Positions 24,901-37,000 of a stretch of DNA of 64,000 nt are shown in pieces. The stretch is from Callorhinchus milii (taxonomy: Eukaryota), in contig NW_024704749.1 of assembly GCF_018977255.1 (NCBI RefSeq), positions 18,290,001-18,354,000 of the forward strand, in the 5' to 3' direction. The translations under genes and the position numbers were made by a program. The notes beneath the pieces were generated by a model, which did not search any database, had not been told where the DNA came from, and saw only the letters and a program-made list of their open reading frames with translations. Position 1 is the stretch's first letter, and each line of letters begins with the position of its first letter.

Positions 24901-27900
24901 TGGTTGATAGCAGTCTCACCTCGGAGTCAGAAGGAATGTTAAGCATTATATCAGCATCGCGTCATTACACAGAAATAGTCCTGTAGCTCAGTGGTTAGCG
25001 CATTTGCTTCGCAAGCGAGTGGATCCGGGTTAGATTTCCGGGCGGGGCAAAAGCTGAGGCAAGTTTCCTTACTCCACATGCCTCTATTTACCTAGCAGGA
25101 AGTAGGAACCCAGTTGATAATCAATTGGTGGATTGCTTTCCGGGCTTAATAATTCCTCCACACAAAAAAAAGTGGTCACTAACTCCACGACTGTTTGTGG
25201 GACACTGCTTAATTAGTTCCAGTGTTTCACCCACAAAATACAGTCAATCCACTTTACAGTACATTCTGTGAAGCTTTGAGATGTCTCAACGACGTGATAA
25301 GGCGCTATATCACCTTCAACTTTACAACAAAATCGTCTCGCAAGCTAAGACAAGGCAGAATTTTGAGCCTGGTGTGTTGGTTTGCTGGTTGAGCTTTTGA
25401 CCATTGTGTAATTAACTGATTGACAGGGAGGGCACAGGAGCTGAGGCCGGCCCTTCTGGAAGATTTCCGTCAGATATCCTTGGATCAAGGCATTCCAGAA
25501 GAATGTATTTTCCTGTTGCCTAAGGCAGGTATGTCTGCACGCACCCGCACACGCACACACACACACTCATTCACACGTATGCACACATGCACGCACGCCC
25601 AATAAATATCTTCAAGGTCACAAGAGATTCAGATGAAAAGGCCCTTTGGCCCACTTGATCTCATCTTTCTTGAACACCTCGTCTACCATCCTCTCATTAC
25701 AGCACCAAGACTTAAATGAGTCCATTGTCCTGGCCTCAACGACCCTCTCGGGTAACGCTGTTCCAGTGCTGAATTGCCCTCTGGGTAAAGAAATACTTCC
25801 TAGTGTCTGTCCTGAACTTGCCCCTTGCAACCATGAGCCTATGTCCTCTTGTTCTGCTGCTTCAGTTTATCTGAAATTAGGACTCTATGTAGACCAAGAC
25901 AACTCAGAATTAGACAGCTCCCTTTTTGCAAGTCAAGGTTGGAATTTAGGAGAGGAAAAATTTGCGTTCTTTCTTAAAGCTTTTCCTAAATTAATTCAAT
26001 TTATTTTTTCTGCTTTTCTAAAAGAGTGTTACAAAAGGTGACATTGACCCTGAGTTATTCTTACCTTGTCTATTTTACCAGATGAATGTGTGTCGGACAA
26101 GACTTTACCAGAATCCCAAAACCAGGTGAGCTGGAGATTTGTTCAGTGGTCACTGTTAAGTGCAATGAGACACTGCCTCGCGTTACGCAAATGCAAGTTG
26201 TTGTTGTTAAATTTCATTTTCATACAGCGTCTTTCACATACGAGAGCCCCACAATCAGGAGTTTGGGACATCCTCCCGAAGGCGCTATGTAAATACAATT
26301 TGTTGTTGTTTGAACTTATATAGTCTACCGTCCAGGTAGAGATTTTGCTTCGTCAGAGACGCTGTCTTTTGGATGACACGTGAAAACAAGTGTCTTGTCT
26401 GCCTGTTCAGGTGGACGCTAAGGATCCCATGGCACTATTCGAAAAGAGAAAGGAGTTTCTCTCAGTCTCTGTCCAACAATCTCCCAAATAAAATTAGTCA
26501 TTCACTTCATGGCTGTGGATCTCACCCTCCGAAAAATCCCTCTTCAGAAACTCACCAACCTCGCCTCATCAGAGTATGAAGCTGTTTCATAAATGAGTCC
26601 AGCATCACAGAAAATATTCACGTGTAATTCCAAGACTGAAGAGCCTCAGCTTGTCCAATCGTTGCTCATTACGTTAACACTGGGGATCATCCTCGTGGCT
26701 CTTTTCTTCGCTGCCTGTAGGGCCTGGGAAGTCCGTTATGTCACAGCGACCAGAACTATATTCAGTATTCCAGGCAGACACTGCTCACCTTGACAATGCC
26801 CAATGTGTGAGCGAGATTCACCCTCTCCACTGTTCCCGGAAATATAATTGGGGCTAATATAGTTTATGAAATTCCAGTACCACATACTTTAGTACAACAG
26901 CTTCAATCAGGAGCTGATCGTGTTTTGCTCAAAGAATTCAGCTTCGTTGAGAAAGGAACTTGTATGACAGACACTGACTTTTTTTTCCCCTGTAAGCAAC
27001 GAGTGCGAAGAATGGCTGTGGTCGAACCTGAGGAAGGATCTGGTTTGCTTCCTTCTAATGTCCCCTTCTTCAGCAGAACTGATGTTGAAGGTATGTTAAA
27101 TCCTGGCATTCCAACTCTGGGGCTAATTTGAGCTATTTCTTAATTGGGATTTCTGCTCATTTGCCCCCTTTTGTTAATCAAGATTTTTGCTCATTTGCGC
27201 CATTTGTTAATCATTAAATTAATTTAAATCGAATTAATTTGTTAATTTGCACCATTTGTTAATCATTAAAATGAAGTTAACGATTAACTAATGGTCCAAA
27301 TTAATTTGCAAATTAAATTAATTTAAATCAAATTAATTTGTTCATTTGCAGCATTTGTTAATCCACTCCTTTGCTGATTTACACTGGTTCCTTAACCCGA
27401 TTCCTGACAGCGCTCTCCTCTTTTCGTGTTTTGTTCCTTAAGCGGCGTGCCAGCTGCCAGCCGAGCCCGGGATATGCTTTGGGCACCACGAACGCTTCCA
27501 TTACAACCAGTCGACGATGACGTGTGCGAAGTTTGTTTACGGCGGTTGCTCTGGCAATGGCAATAACTTCCTGACTGAACAGATTTGCCTGCAGAGATGC
27601 AGGACTGTAGGTGAGAGGCTCATGGACCACACCAATAACTTGCAAACCCTTAACTGTCCAGTACCTCCGCACCTCAGGCGCTGACAGCATCAGCATCCAA
27701 GGCTGCACTCTCCACCTCTCAAAGCCATCAGGAACCTCGGGGTTCTGTTCGACCCTGAGCTGTCCTTTCTCCCTCATATCCGCGCCACAACTGGCACTGC
27801 CTTCCATCACCTCCGGAATATCGCCAGACTACGGCACTACCTCACCCCTCACGCTACTGAAACTCTGGTCCACGCCTTTATCACCTCAAGGCTGGACTAT

Positions 27901-30116
27901 GGGAACTCTCTCCTCGCCGGCCTTCCGGCCCTCCCTCCACACTGCAGGTCATTCAGAACTCTGCAGCTCGTGTACTGTCCCGCACCAGGCTTCGGGACCA
28001 CATCACTCCCACCCTCGCTCGCCTCCACTGGCTCCCCATCCCCCAGAGGATCGAATCAAGGTCCTCATCCTCACCTACAAGGCCATTCACGGCCTCGCTC
28101 CCTCCTACCTCTCCGACCTACTACCTACCTATCTGCCCGGACCCTCCGTTCCTCTGGCTCCGGTCTGCTCCACATCCCCCGCCCCAACCGCCCTACCATC
28201 GGTGGCCGGGCCTTCAGCCTCTCAGCCCCGAGGCTCTGGAACTCTATCCCCCAGTGCCTTCGACATGCCTCCTCCCTTTCCTCCTTCAAGGCCGGTCTCA
28301 AGACCTTTCTCTTTGACCGTGTCTTCAGCTCCCCTCTCGACTCTCTACCCCTTCCTCGCTCCCTCCCCTCCCTCCCCTCACCCTGACCATTTCCCCCCTG
28401 CTCGGGTCCTGACCCAGCTGTACAGCGCCTTGGGACGTCCTCCCAACGTGAAAGGCGCTCTATAAATGGAATCTTGTTGTTGTTGTACCTTGAGGCGTCT
28501 TTCCGACATTTTTGGGGGGTAACGGAGTATCTGACACTTGTGGAAACCCAGCACCGTGCTTAAGAGTCTCCAAATCAAACTGAGAATTCCATGCATCCCA
28601 CCTACATGTGGAAATCCCAGAGATAGATTGTTGGAATGGAATACCTGCTTACCTAATTCTGGAAAGCATTTGGGGAAGGTTGTGGAAAAGCGCTATATAA
28701 ATATAATTTTGTTGCACTTGTTGCTGTACTTATATAGCGCCTTTTGATGGAGTCAGACACCGAGGAAGGGAGAGGGGGAGGTGACTATAGATAGAGGTAG
28801 ATTTTAAGTGAGATTTAAAGACCGATAATGAGTAGGTGAATTGAAGGTGTAGTGGAAGGGTGTTTCAAAAGTTAGGGCAGAATGGCACAGATGGGCAGTA
28901 TGTGCACCTGAACCAACATCCTTTTGATCCAGAGGCGAGAGTGCTACTGAGCCAGGCTGACACCTATTTGGGATCTATCATTGACTTTCAATCTATCAAG
29001 TTTCCTGGATCTAGACTTTACCATCTCAGGCAATGTCAGGAGAGTTTCTCGCTGTTTTCAGGTGCCCGATCATGCTGACAGAACCCAAATGCATTTGGAG
29101 AATCCCTACAGAAGTACATTGCAATTTCTTGTGCCATTATTCCTCCAACCCTGTGGTCCAAATCCTTACTAATGTATGTGATTTTCTCTTCTCACAGCCG
29201 CCTGCAGGCTGCCCATAGAAATTGGGCCATGCAAAATTGCAGTAGATCTCTGGGCTTTTGACTCCGTCCTCGGGAAATGCAAACCTTTCATCTACGGTGG
29301 ATGTCAAGGAAATGGCAACAAGTTCTACTCTTTGAAGGAGTGTGAAGAGTACTGTGATGCAGTCCCAGCAGGTACCAACGCTGCTTGTAGGAAATCAGTA
29401 ACAGGAGAGGTCAATGCGGCCCATTCCAGCTTTCCATTTATTATTATTTGTTATTACTATTTTAGGAGTAATAATCCCTCTACTCTCCACCCCCAATAAT
29501 AATAATTTGGTCACTCAATCCACAACTGTTTGTGGGATGCTGCTGTTTGCACTTGGCTGCTGTGTTTCTCCCACAAAATACACGGTCAATTCACTTTACA
29601 GTGTATTCTGTGAAGCACTTTGAGACGTCTCAACGATGTGTTAAGGCGCTATATCAAATGCAAGTATTATTATTCCATGACCATATTTTACAATCTCCCT
29701 TAATCCCACCTTCCTGCAATATCAGCCCCATTGGGACAGCAGACGAGACCTTAGGTTAACCTCTCACCTAAAGGACAACACCTGTGACAGCGCAGTGCTC
29801 CCACTGTCACGTCGGTCTAGACTGTGAGCTCAAAGTCTCCAAAATGGGGCTCGAACAGACAACATTCTGACCCAGAAACGAGAGCGAGAGTGACTGAGCC
29901 AAGCCGACACCTACGCTTGTCAAGTGACTCAGTCATTAGGGTGAGGCTTAAACTCACCCAGCTGCAGGTCAAGGAACATCTTTGAAGCCATTCATATGGT
30001 AGTTCAGAGTGTCTCAGCTCCCCCTCACTTTTTGTTCGTGTTTGCATCACTGCCATTTCTATCACTGTCTTATAACATTGTGTTTTGCAGAAGAGGCTGA
30101 CCTTCTGGCTGTTTGA
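20339..30116 (+). CDS. AMBP: Alpha-1-microglobulin/bikunin precursor, 10 exons, 351 aa
   Basis: Exons 20339-20458 (signal, ...ENFDVTP), 21096-21238 ([15 protein letters not shown]...), 23005-23087 (GDRCTNMS...), 24509-24610, 25427-25528 ([29 protein letters not shown]), 26082-26125 (DECVS...), 26997-27090 (QRVRR furin site; EEGSG chondroitin-sulfate site), 27443-27610 (Kunitz 1, 168 bp), 29198-29371 (Kunitz 2, 174 bp; [13 protein letters not shown]...LWAFD...[21 protein letters not shown]) and 30091-30116 (EEADLLAV*). AATAAA at 30293. The lipocalin + RxRR + EGSG + two-Kunitz architecture is diagnostic of AMBP. Confidence 0.95.
22511..22990 (+). mobile_element. L2-clade LINE 3' fragment (AMBP intron 2)
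   Basis: ORF2 C-terminal peptide [39 protein letters not shown]...[17 protein letters not shown]...[10 protein letters not shown], followed by a 3' UTR and a (TTG)n tail. Confidence 0.85.
24977..25312 (+). mobile_element. tRNA-derived SINE, long form
   Basis: tRNA-like head GTCCTGTAGCTCAGTGGTTAG, the shared body (GACTGTTTGTGGGACACTGCT...CACAAAATACAGTCAA), and a 3' end similar to the L2 tail. Confidence 0.75.
27150..27364. repeat. AT-rich degenerate tandem repeat in AMBP intron 7
   Basis: Recurring CATTTGC...CATTTGTTAATCATTAAA and ATTAAATTAATTTAAATC units with ~50 bp period. Confidence 0.75.
27625..28487 (+). mobile_element. L2-clade LINE, 5'-truncated and frameshifted (AMBP intron 8)
   Basis: Frameshifted RT C-terminal motifs ([68 protein letters not shown]) and a (TTG)n tail. 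Confidence 0.85.
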
Positions 30117-30608
30117 AACACAACATAGAGAAAAATGAAACTAAAGTAGGGCGTTGAGGTGGCGTTCATTCGCACTGTGGGACATCACCATCACTGAACA
30201 GAAGCCTTGTATCCGATCAAGAGATGGGACCCCTTTGTTTCTGTTCTTGTGTTCTTTCTGCACACACAGTATATGCTTAAACCATATAATCAAATAAAGC
30301 ATTAGCCTTCACTGTGTATCTCAGGACACATTATTTTACACAACAACATAGTGACCAAAAAGATTCACCATTAGCCCCCGCTCCTCCTATGCCACTCTCC
30401 CATACCCCTCAATAATCTCCTCTCCCTTAAATATGCATCAAGTTTCACCATGTTGATATATCCATACCATCCTAACAACAACAACTTGCATTTATTTGGC
30501 GCTCTTCATGAGGGACAGAGTCTCAGAACACTTAACAGTGGGGGGGGCTGACGTTGAGCTGGGGGGGAGGAGGGAGGTGACCATAAGCATGGTCAAAAAG
30601 GAAAAAAA

Positions 30609-31495
30609 ATGCAGCGAGACATAGATAGGTTAGGTGATTGGGCAGGTAGGTGGCAGATGAAGTGTAATGTAGGGAAGTGCAAAGTCATCCACCTAGGTAG
30701 CAAAAACAGTAGAGCGGGTTATTTTTTAGAAGGGGAGAGATTGGAATGTGTTAGCGTCCAGAGGGACTTGGGTGTCCTTGTACACCAATCACAGAAAGTT
30801 AGTCTGCAGGTGCAGCAGCAATTAGGAAGGCGAACGGTATGTTAACATTCATTATGAAAGGATTAGAGTGTAAGAGTAGGGAAGTCTTGCTGCAACTGTA
30901 GAGGGCCCTTGAGAGACCACACCTGGAATACTGTGTGCAGTTTTGGTCTCCTTATTTAAGGAAGGATGTACTGCCTTGGAGGGGGTGCAGCGTAGATTTA
31001 TTAGGTTAGTACCAGGGATGAAGGGGATGAGTTACGAGGATAGGCTGACCAATTTGGGCCTATATTCTCTGGAATATAGAAGAATTAGAGGGGATCTTAT
31101 AAAAACCCGTAAGATCGTCAAAGGGCATGATAGAGTAGATAGTGGGAGATTGTTTCCCCTGGTTGGAGCAACTAAAACCGGGGGTCACAACTTTAAAATC
31201 AGAAGCCAACCCTTTCGCACTGAGTTGAGGAACAACTTCTTCACTCAAAGGGCTGTGAATGTATGGAACTCACTACCCCAAAAGGCTGTTGACGCTCAGT
31301 CCTTGAACGTATTCAAGACTGAGATAGATAGATTTCTTATTGCAAAAGTGATTAAGAGATATGGGGATAAGGCAGGGTCAGGTTATTAGCTAGAGTTAGA
31401 TTAGAAGATCAGCCATGATTGAATGGCGGGGCAGGCTCGAAGGGCCGAATGGCCTACTTCTGCTCCTACATGTTATGCTGTGTTATTTTGTTATG
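30609..31495 (+). mobile_element. CR1-clade LINE, 5'-truncated
   Basis: ORF2 fragments QRDIDRLGDWAGRWQMKCNVGKCKVIHLG and [24 protein letters not shown]...RRIRGDLI...NFFTQRAVNVWNSLP, with frameshifts. CR1-type 3' UTR (GGGCCGAATGGCCTACTTCTGCTCC) and a TTATG tail. Confidence 0.9.
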
Positions 31496-33868
31496 AAGGT
31501 CTTCAGTCGTGATCTAAAAGAGGGAAGGAGGGGACCAAGCGGAGGAATTGGGGTCAGAGAGTTCCAAAGCTTTGGGGCGTAGTGGCTGAAAGTATGGCTT
31601 GCCAATGGTGGAGCAGAGGGTGCCTGGTATTCTAATATAGGGCTGCCACCTTTGAGACATAGAAAATGGCCACTGACTTGGATGGCACCTCCTCGCTCAG
31701 CCTGTCACAGCCATTTGGACATAATTCACTGGGTACGGCTGCCATGTAACACCACTCCTCTCAGGACTTTCTGACTTATTTCCTTAAGAGCACCACATAC
31801 AAAATGAAGCACCTCGCTCGATTGAAACATTGGGACAAATTGAAGCTCATTCGTACAGGAACTGCATATTTTGTGACTGGATGTTTCAATGAAGTAAGGT
31901 GTTTGATGGTTCATTCACATTACCTTAGTCCCTGCCTTTCACAGTGTTGGTGGGAGGTAGGTACTGACATAGAATACTTATACAGTAAGCAAAGAACCTC
32001 TAAATAGACCCTATTTATTGTTAGTCGATTGGCGGATCGCTTTTACCCTCGGCCTGATAGGGTGTGCATATGGGCCGATAACTGGCAAATGAAGTTTAAT
32101 ACAGATAAAGGTAAGGTACCGTATATAGGCAGTAAGATTCATTATCAGAGGTGCTGTGCTGTTCATTATTGGAGCATGTGAATACCAGGATGGTCGGAAG
32201 GCGAACTAGATGGACCTTGGCCTTTTCTTGGCTAGCATTTCCTAAGTACACCATGGATGGGACAGAATTTGCCAAGGGGAAAGCTGAAAGAGATCTAGGG
32301 GTAGGTAAAGACAGCAACTCCAACAATGCAGCACTCCCCCAACACTGCATTGGAGTATCACCATAGACTATATGGGTTCCAAGTCTTGAACTGACAAACC
32401 ATCTGATTCAGAGGTGAGAGCGCTACCCATTGACTCTATGTCAATGGATGTTTAATGCACCATCGGGCTAACTGTCAATACCACACAGTGACATACAAAT
32501 CAATCACCAGCATTTCTTTCCCAACATTTTCTCTGCCTATTCTCCACCTCTTGCCCCTTGTCTCTTGACACCCACACACTTACTGTAATTCCAGTTAAAT
32601 CTACCACTGATACCAACAAATTACATTTATGGAGCGCCTTTCACGTCGGGAGGATGTCCCAAGGCGCTGGACAGTCAGGGGTCGGGACCCGAGCATGGGG
32701 GAGGGGTGGGGTAGGGGTGAGGGAAGGCAGAGAGGGAAGGCGGAAGGGCGACTGAAGACATGATCGAAGAGAAGCGTCTTGAGACCGGCCTTGATGGAGA
32801 CAATGGAGGAAGCAAAGCGAAGGGACTGTGGAATACTGATGAAAAGCAATGGGTTGTTGGTACGACCTTTAACCAAATGTGTTGAAACTACTTTCAGGTA
32901 GAGTTCAAAGCCATGTGTTCATGACACGAAACACACTGAAACACTGAACGGCCGGTGAGTGGACATAGATTCAGAGAAACAAAGTTGCTCCATCTCACCT
33001 CATCCCTCTCCACTAGTGCTGACTCAGCCAGCAAAGCAAACAAGTCCTTGTATTTGCACAGCCCTTATCCTGTGGAAAGGTTGGCCTTTACTGGACTGCA
33101 TGTGTCCTGCTTCAAGGTCTGTTGAATAACAGAGCTGTTCAGGAGTAATAATCTTTGCATTTGACACAACATCTCAAAGGACTTTACAGTAATTCCTGCT
33201 CCATCTTACAGTAATTCCTGTAAAGCGGAGTGAGTGAATTTTCTGAAAACGTGGCAACCAACAGTGATGTCCCACAAACAGCCATAGAGTGAACGGCCAA
33301 TTTTATCTAGGAGGAGGGGGGAGAGGGGTTTGGAATTGTGGCCAGGACACCGGGAGAAACTCCATTCTCTTTTTCGAAGAGTGTCTTGGGATCTTTAATG
33401 TCCACCTGAACAGGTACAGACGGAGCCTCTGTTTACCATCTCATCTGAAGGATGGCACCTCTGACAATGGAGCGTTCCCCCCGCTCAGCACAGCGCTGGA
33501 ATGTCAGCTACGACTCATTGATCCCAAGTCCTGACGTGAGGCTCGTTTCACCCAACCTCTGACTCAGAGGCTAGAATGCTACCCACTGGGTCAGACTGAC
33601 GATTTGTAAGTGAGTGTGAGCACGTTAAGCTCAATGTGGCTCTGCTGATTTTTATCTGTGGGGGTAGGGGGTTAGTGCTCAAACTCCCCTTTTCAGGCTC
33701 AGCCACTGTTGAGCGCTCTGAGACTTTACCCTGTATCCTCTCCTCTACCCTGAGGGCACTGTATAAGTGCAAGTTGTTGCTGTTGTTTTCCCTCCAGCTT
33801 AATGATGGAAACTCACAACACAGGGTCAGCAGGAGAGTTATTTCTCTGAGAGGGTTTGATTGAACAAC

Positions 33869-33895
33869 GATCAGTGATTAACTGGAAAGATCAAC
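33869..33895. promoter_or_regulatory. Promoter motif (HNF1-like) shared with AMBP
   Basis: GATCAGTGATTAACTGGAAAGATCAAC matches 20199-20225 at 24 of 27 positions, and lies ~130 bp upstream of the ATG at 34001. Confidence 0.65.
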
Positions 33896-34000
33896 ACAAG
33901 TTGCACCACCAGATCCCGGCACCCAGTCATTGACGTAGGAGGCGCCCAAGCTTAAATCTCTGTCTCTGGACCCAATTGAGATCCCAACCAGACCGAGACC

Positions 34001-37000
34001 ATGAAGGGAAGCCATTTCCTCCTCCTTGCCATATCCTTCCAATTTTTTCTGTTGCAGAAGGCAAAAGGCAGTCCAACAGTGGGCCCTGGACATCTTTTTG
34101 AACCAGGTATGTAGTATAGCACCCACCACCCCTTACATTTACTGTATTTACCCTGAATCTGAGGCTCAGGAAGAGGTTTTAGAGCTTAATCACAAGGAGC
34201 CTCTAAGATGCAGCCAGAATTTGGAGGTTAAAAAAGAACTCGGCTTGACTTTAACTCAATGTTGTACCCAATAGCTTTCTCATAATGTAGTATCTCTAAG
34301 TGCTTCACATAAACACAGTGCAAACCCAGCAAGGTGGGAAGGATGTGGGAGAGTGGAGAAGAGAGTTGACCAAAAGTGTGGTCAGAAGTAGGTTTTCAGA
34401 GGGTTTGGGAAAATGGGGAGGGAATAATAATAATAATAATAATAATCCTTGCATTTGATATAGCGCTTTTCACGTCGGGAGGACATCCCAAAGTGCTTCA
34501 CAGAACACACTGTAAAGTGAATTGACTGTATATTTGTGGGCGAACGCGACAGCCAATTGCGCACAGCAATGTCCCACAAACAGTCGTAGATTGAAAATGA
34601 CCAATTTATTATTGTTTTTTGTTTTGGAGGGATTATTATTAGGCTCTGCGTGGAGTAAGGAAACTTGCCCAAGATTTCGCCCTCTGCCTGGAATTGAACT
34701 CAGATCTCTCGCTTGCAAAGCGAGTGCTCTAACCACTGAGCTACAGGAATAGGGGAAGACTGCAAACTGAGGGAGGGAGGAAAAGGGGGAAGGAGAAGGA
34801 GAAAGAAGGACAGAGAAAGCAAGGGAGAGTAAAGAGAGAGAGATACGGGGTGGGGGGAGGGAGGGATGGAAGGAAGGAAAGAAAAGAAAGACAGAGGAGA
34901 GGAATAAATGATAGAAAAAGAGAGGAAAAGTAGGGTGGAGTGGAAGAAAGTTAAAGAAAGATAGAATTAAGCTTAAGAAAGGGAAAAAGGCAAAATCTGT
35001 GCGAAGTGAAAAGTAAAGACTGGGACAAAATGCAAAAATGGCCCAAGGTGACATGAACAAAGTACAGCGAGGAGGAAAGAGAGCAGCGATGATATTCACT
35101 TACAGTTTTAACTCTCTTTAAAGAACATGAAATAAAAATTACTGATAAAGTTTTACCTGGAGACAGGTCGGTGATCTGGTGATACACAAGCTCAGGGTCT
35201 GCTCCTCTGCACAGAATGAAATTCGTTGGATGTAAGCCGCAAGCTTTACCTGCAACAACAACAACAACTTGCGCTTATATAGCACCCTCCACGCAGGGTA
35301 GCGTCTCAGAGCGCTTTAGCAGAGAGTGGGGTGGGTGAGGTTTCAGTTTCTCCCCTGTTGTATTTCACTGAGATAAACCAGACAGATAAAAAAGACTTAA
35401 CCAGATACAATTTGGAATTTCTCAACATATCCCACAAAACATATATTCACTACATTTTACAGTATATCCTGTGAAGTGCTTTGGGACGTCCTGCCTAACG
35501 TGAAAGGAGCTGCACCATAACGTACAAAACTAACAACTTGCATTTATATAGCGTACTTTAAATAGGGCAGCGTTTCAAAGTGCTTTCCTCTCTCTATCCC
35601 TCCTTTCCTCTCTCTGACTCTTTCCCTCCCCCTCTCCCCTTTTCACAATAACAACATGTATTTATTCAGCATCTTTCATGCTGAGAAATATCTCAAAGAG
35701 CTTTACAGAGACAGTGTGAGAGCACGAGCACTGTGGGAAATGGCAGGGTAAGTGGAATGTGCATTCAGAGAGGCGGGTTTTGAAAGTGAGAAGGGGAGAG
35801 AGCCCGGGCACAGTAGCTGACGGCTCCACTGTTGATGGTAGGGCAGACAGGGTGTGAACAGATCGAGGTGGACGTGGAGGGATTGAAAGGCGAGGATGAG
35901 GGTTTCAGAGTTAATCCACCGGGGGATGGGGAGCCAGGGGAGGATGTGCATGATGGACTCGGGGAGCAGGGTGCAGAAGACGACGTGGGCTACAAGGGGA
36001 TGATGGAGGCGTAGGCGAGGGTTTCAGCTGAATTGGAGGTGAGGTCAGTGGGGTGGAGGCAGGCGACAATAGCAGACGTGGATGGAGGAAAGTGGACTTG
36101 GTCAGGGAACCGATGGAAGGCATGAAGGAGAACGCGGGTGAGGGTCGAAGAAAATACCGAGACTTGGCATTGGCTGCATGAGTTGGAGCGATCAGCCGGG
36201 GAGGTTGACAGGGTTAGCGCCGGAGAAATAAAATAAAATGTGTGTTTGTTTGTAAGATGTCTGCATGATGCCACCTGCGATTGGAAGATGTCATGCTTTA
36301 AAGCCCAGATTCTTCTTCAACCAGTCATCGATGTCCTGCGACTTATTTACCTACGGTGGCTGCGGTGGAAATGGTAACAACTTCATGACTAAAAGGGACT
36401 GCGAGCACACCTGCAACGTGACAGGTAAGAAACGAAAGGCGCTGGGATTTCCAGTATGAAATCAAATCTTCTGGGCTGGGAAGATGGCGTATTTCACTGA
36501 CCGACCTTCTGAAGGTCCAACCTAGAGAATAACAATTCAAACAACAACAACAAAACTTACCACACCACCTTACCAATAAAACTGCTCTCCCCGCACCTCA
36601 GACATGCAAACCCAAGATAGCGGCAGATCACGATTCAAAACTTAGGGGCATTGGGATGGTAGATACTGCCACTAGTGGCCAGTTAGGGTTATTACAGTGT
36701 CTGCTTTTACTTTTTCAAACCCATTTATAATATTATACAACAACAACTTGCATTTATATAGCGTCCTTCACGTGGGGTAGCATCCCGGAGCGCTTATACA
36801 CCTCTCAGGGTTGAAGAGCTCCAGCTTGTCTAATTGTTTGTTGAGACGCATGGGTAAAATGTGTGAGGTTTTATAACTATTGAATGTGATGAGTACAAGA
36901 ATTGACATGAGGCCAGAATCTGTGGGCGTTAGTGCTGGAAATTGGGGGGAGAAGGAACAGAACACAACCAGTCAGGATAATGCAGTATGGTGATAGCTGT

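Noticed and set aside
27611-28465. 284-aa ORF
   Set aside because: Mostly off-frame reading of a decayed L2 element inside AMBP intron 8.
34750-35100. 209-aa Phe/Leu/Ser-rich minus-strand ORF (34470-35099)
   Set aside because: Purine-rich low-complexity tract fused to a SINE; not coding.
35215-35231. Possible micro-exon in intron 1 of the Kunitz gene (CACAG|...|GTAAGC)
   Set aside because: 17 bp long and introduces an immediate stop in phase 1; not an EGSG-type linker exon.
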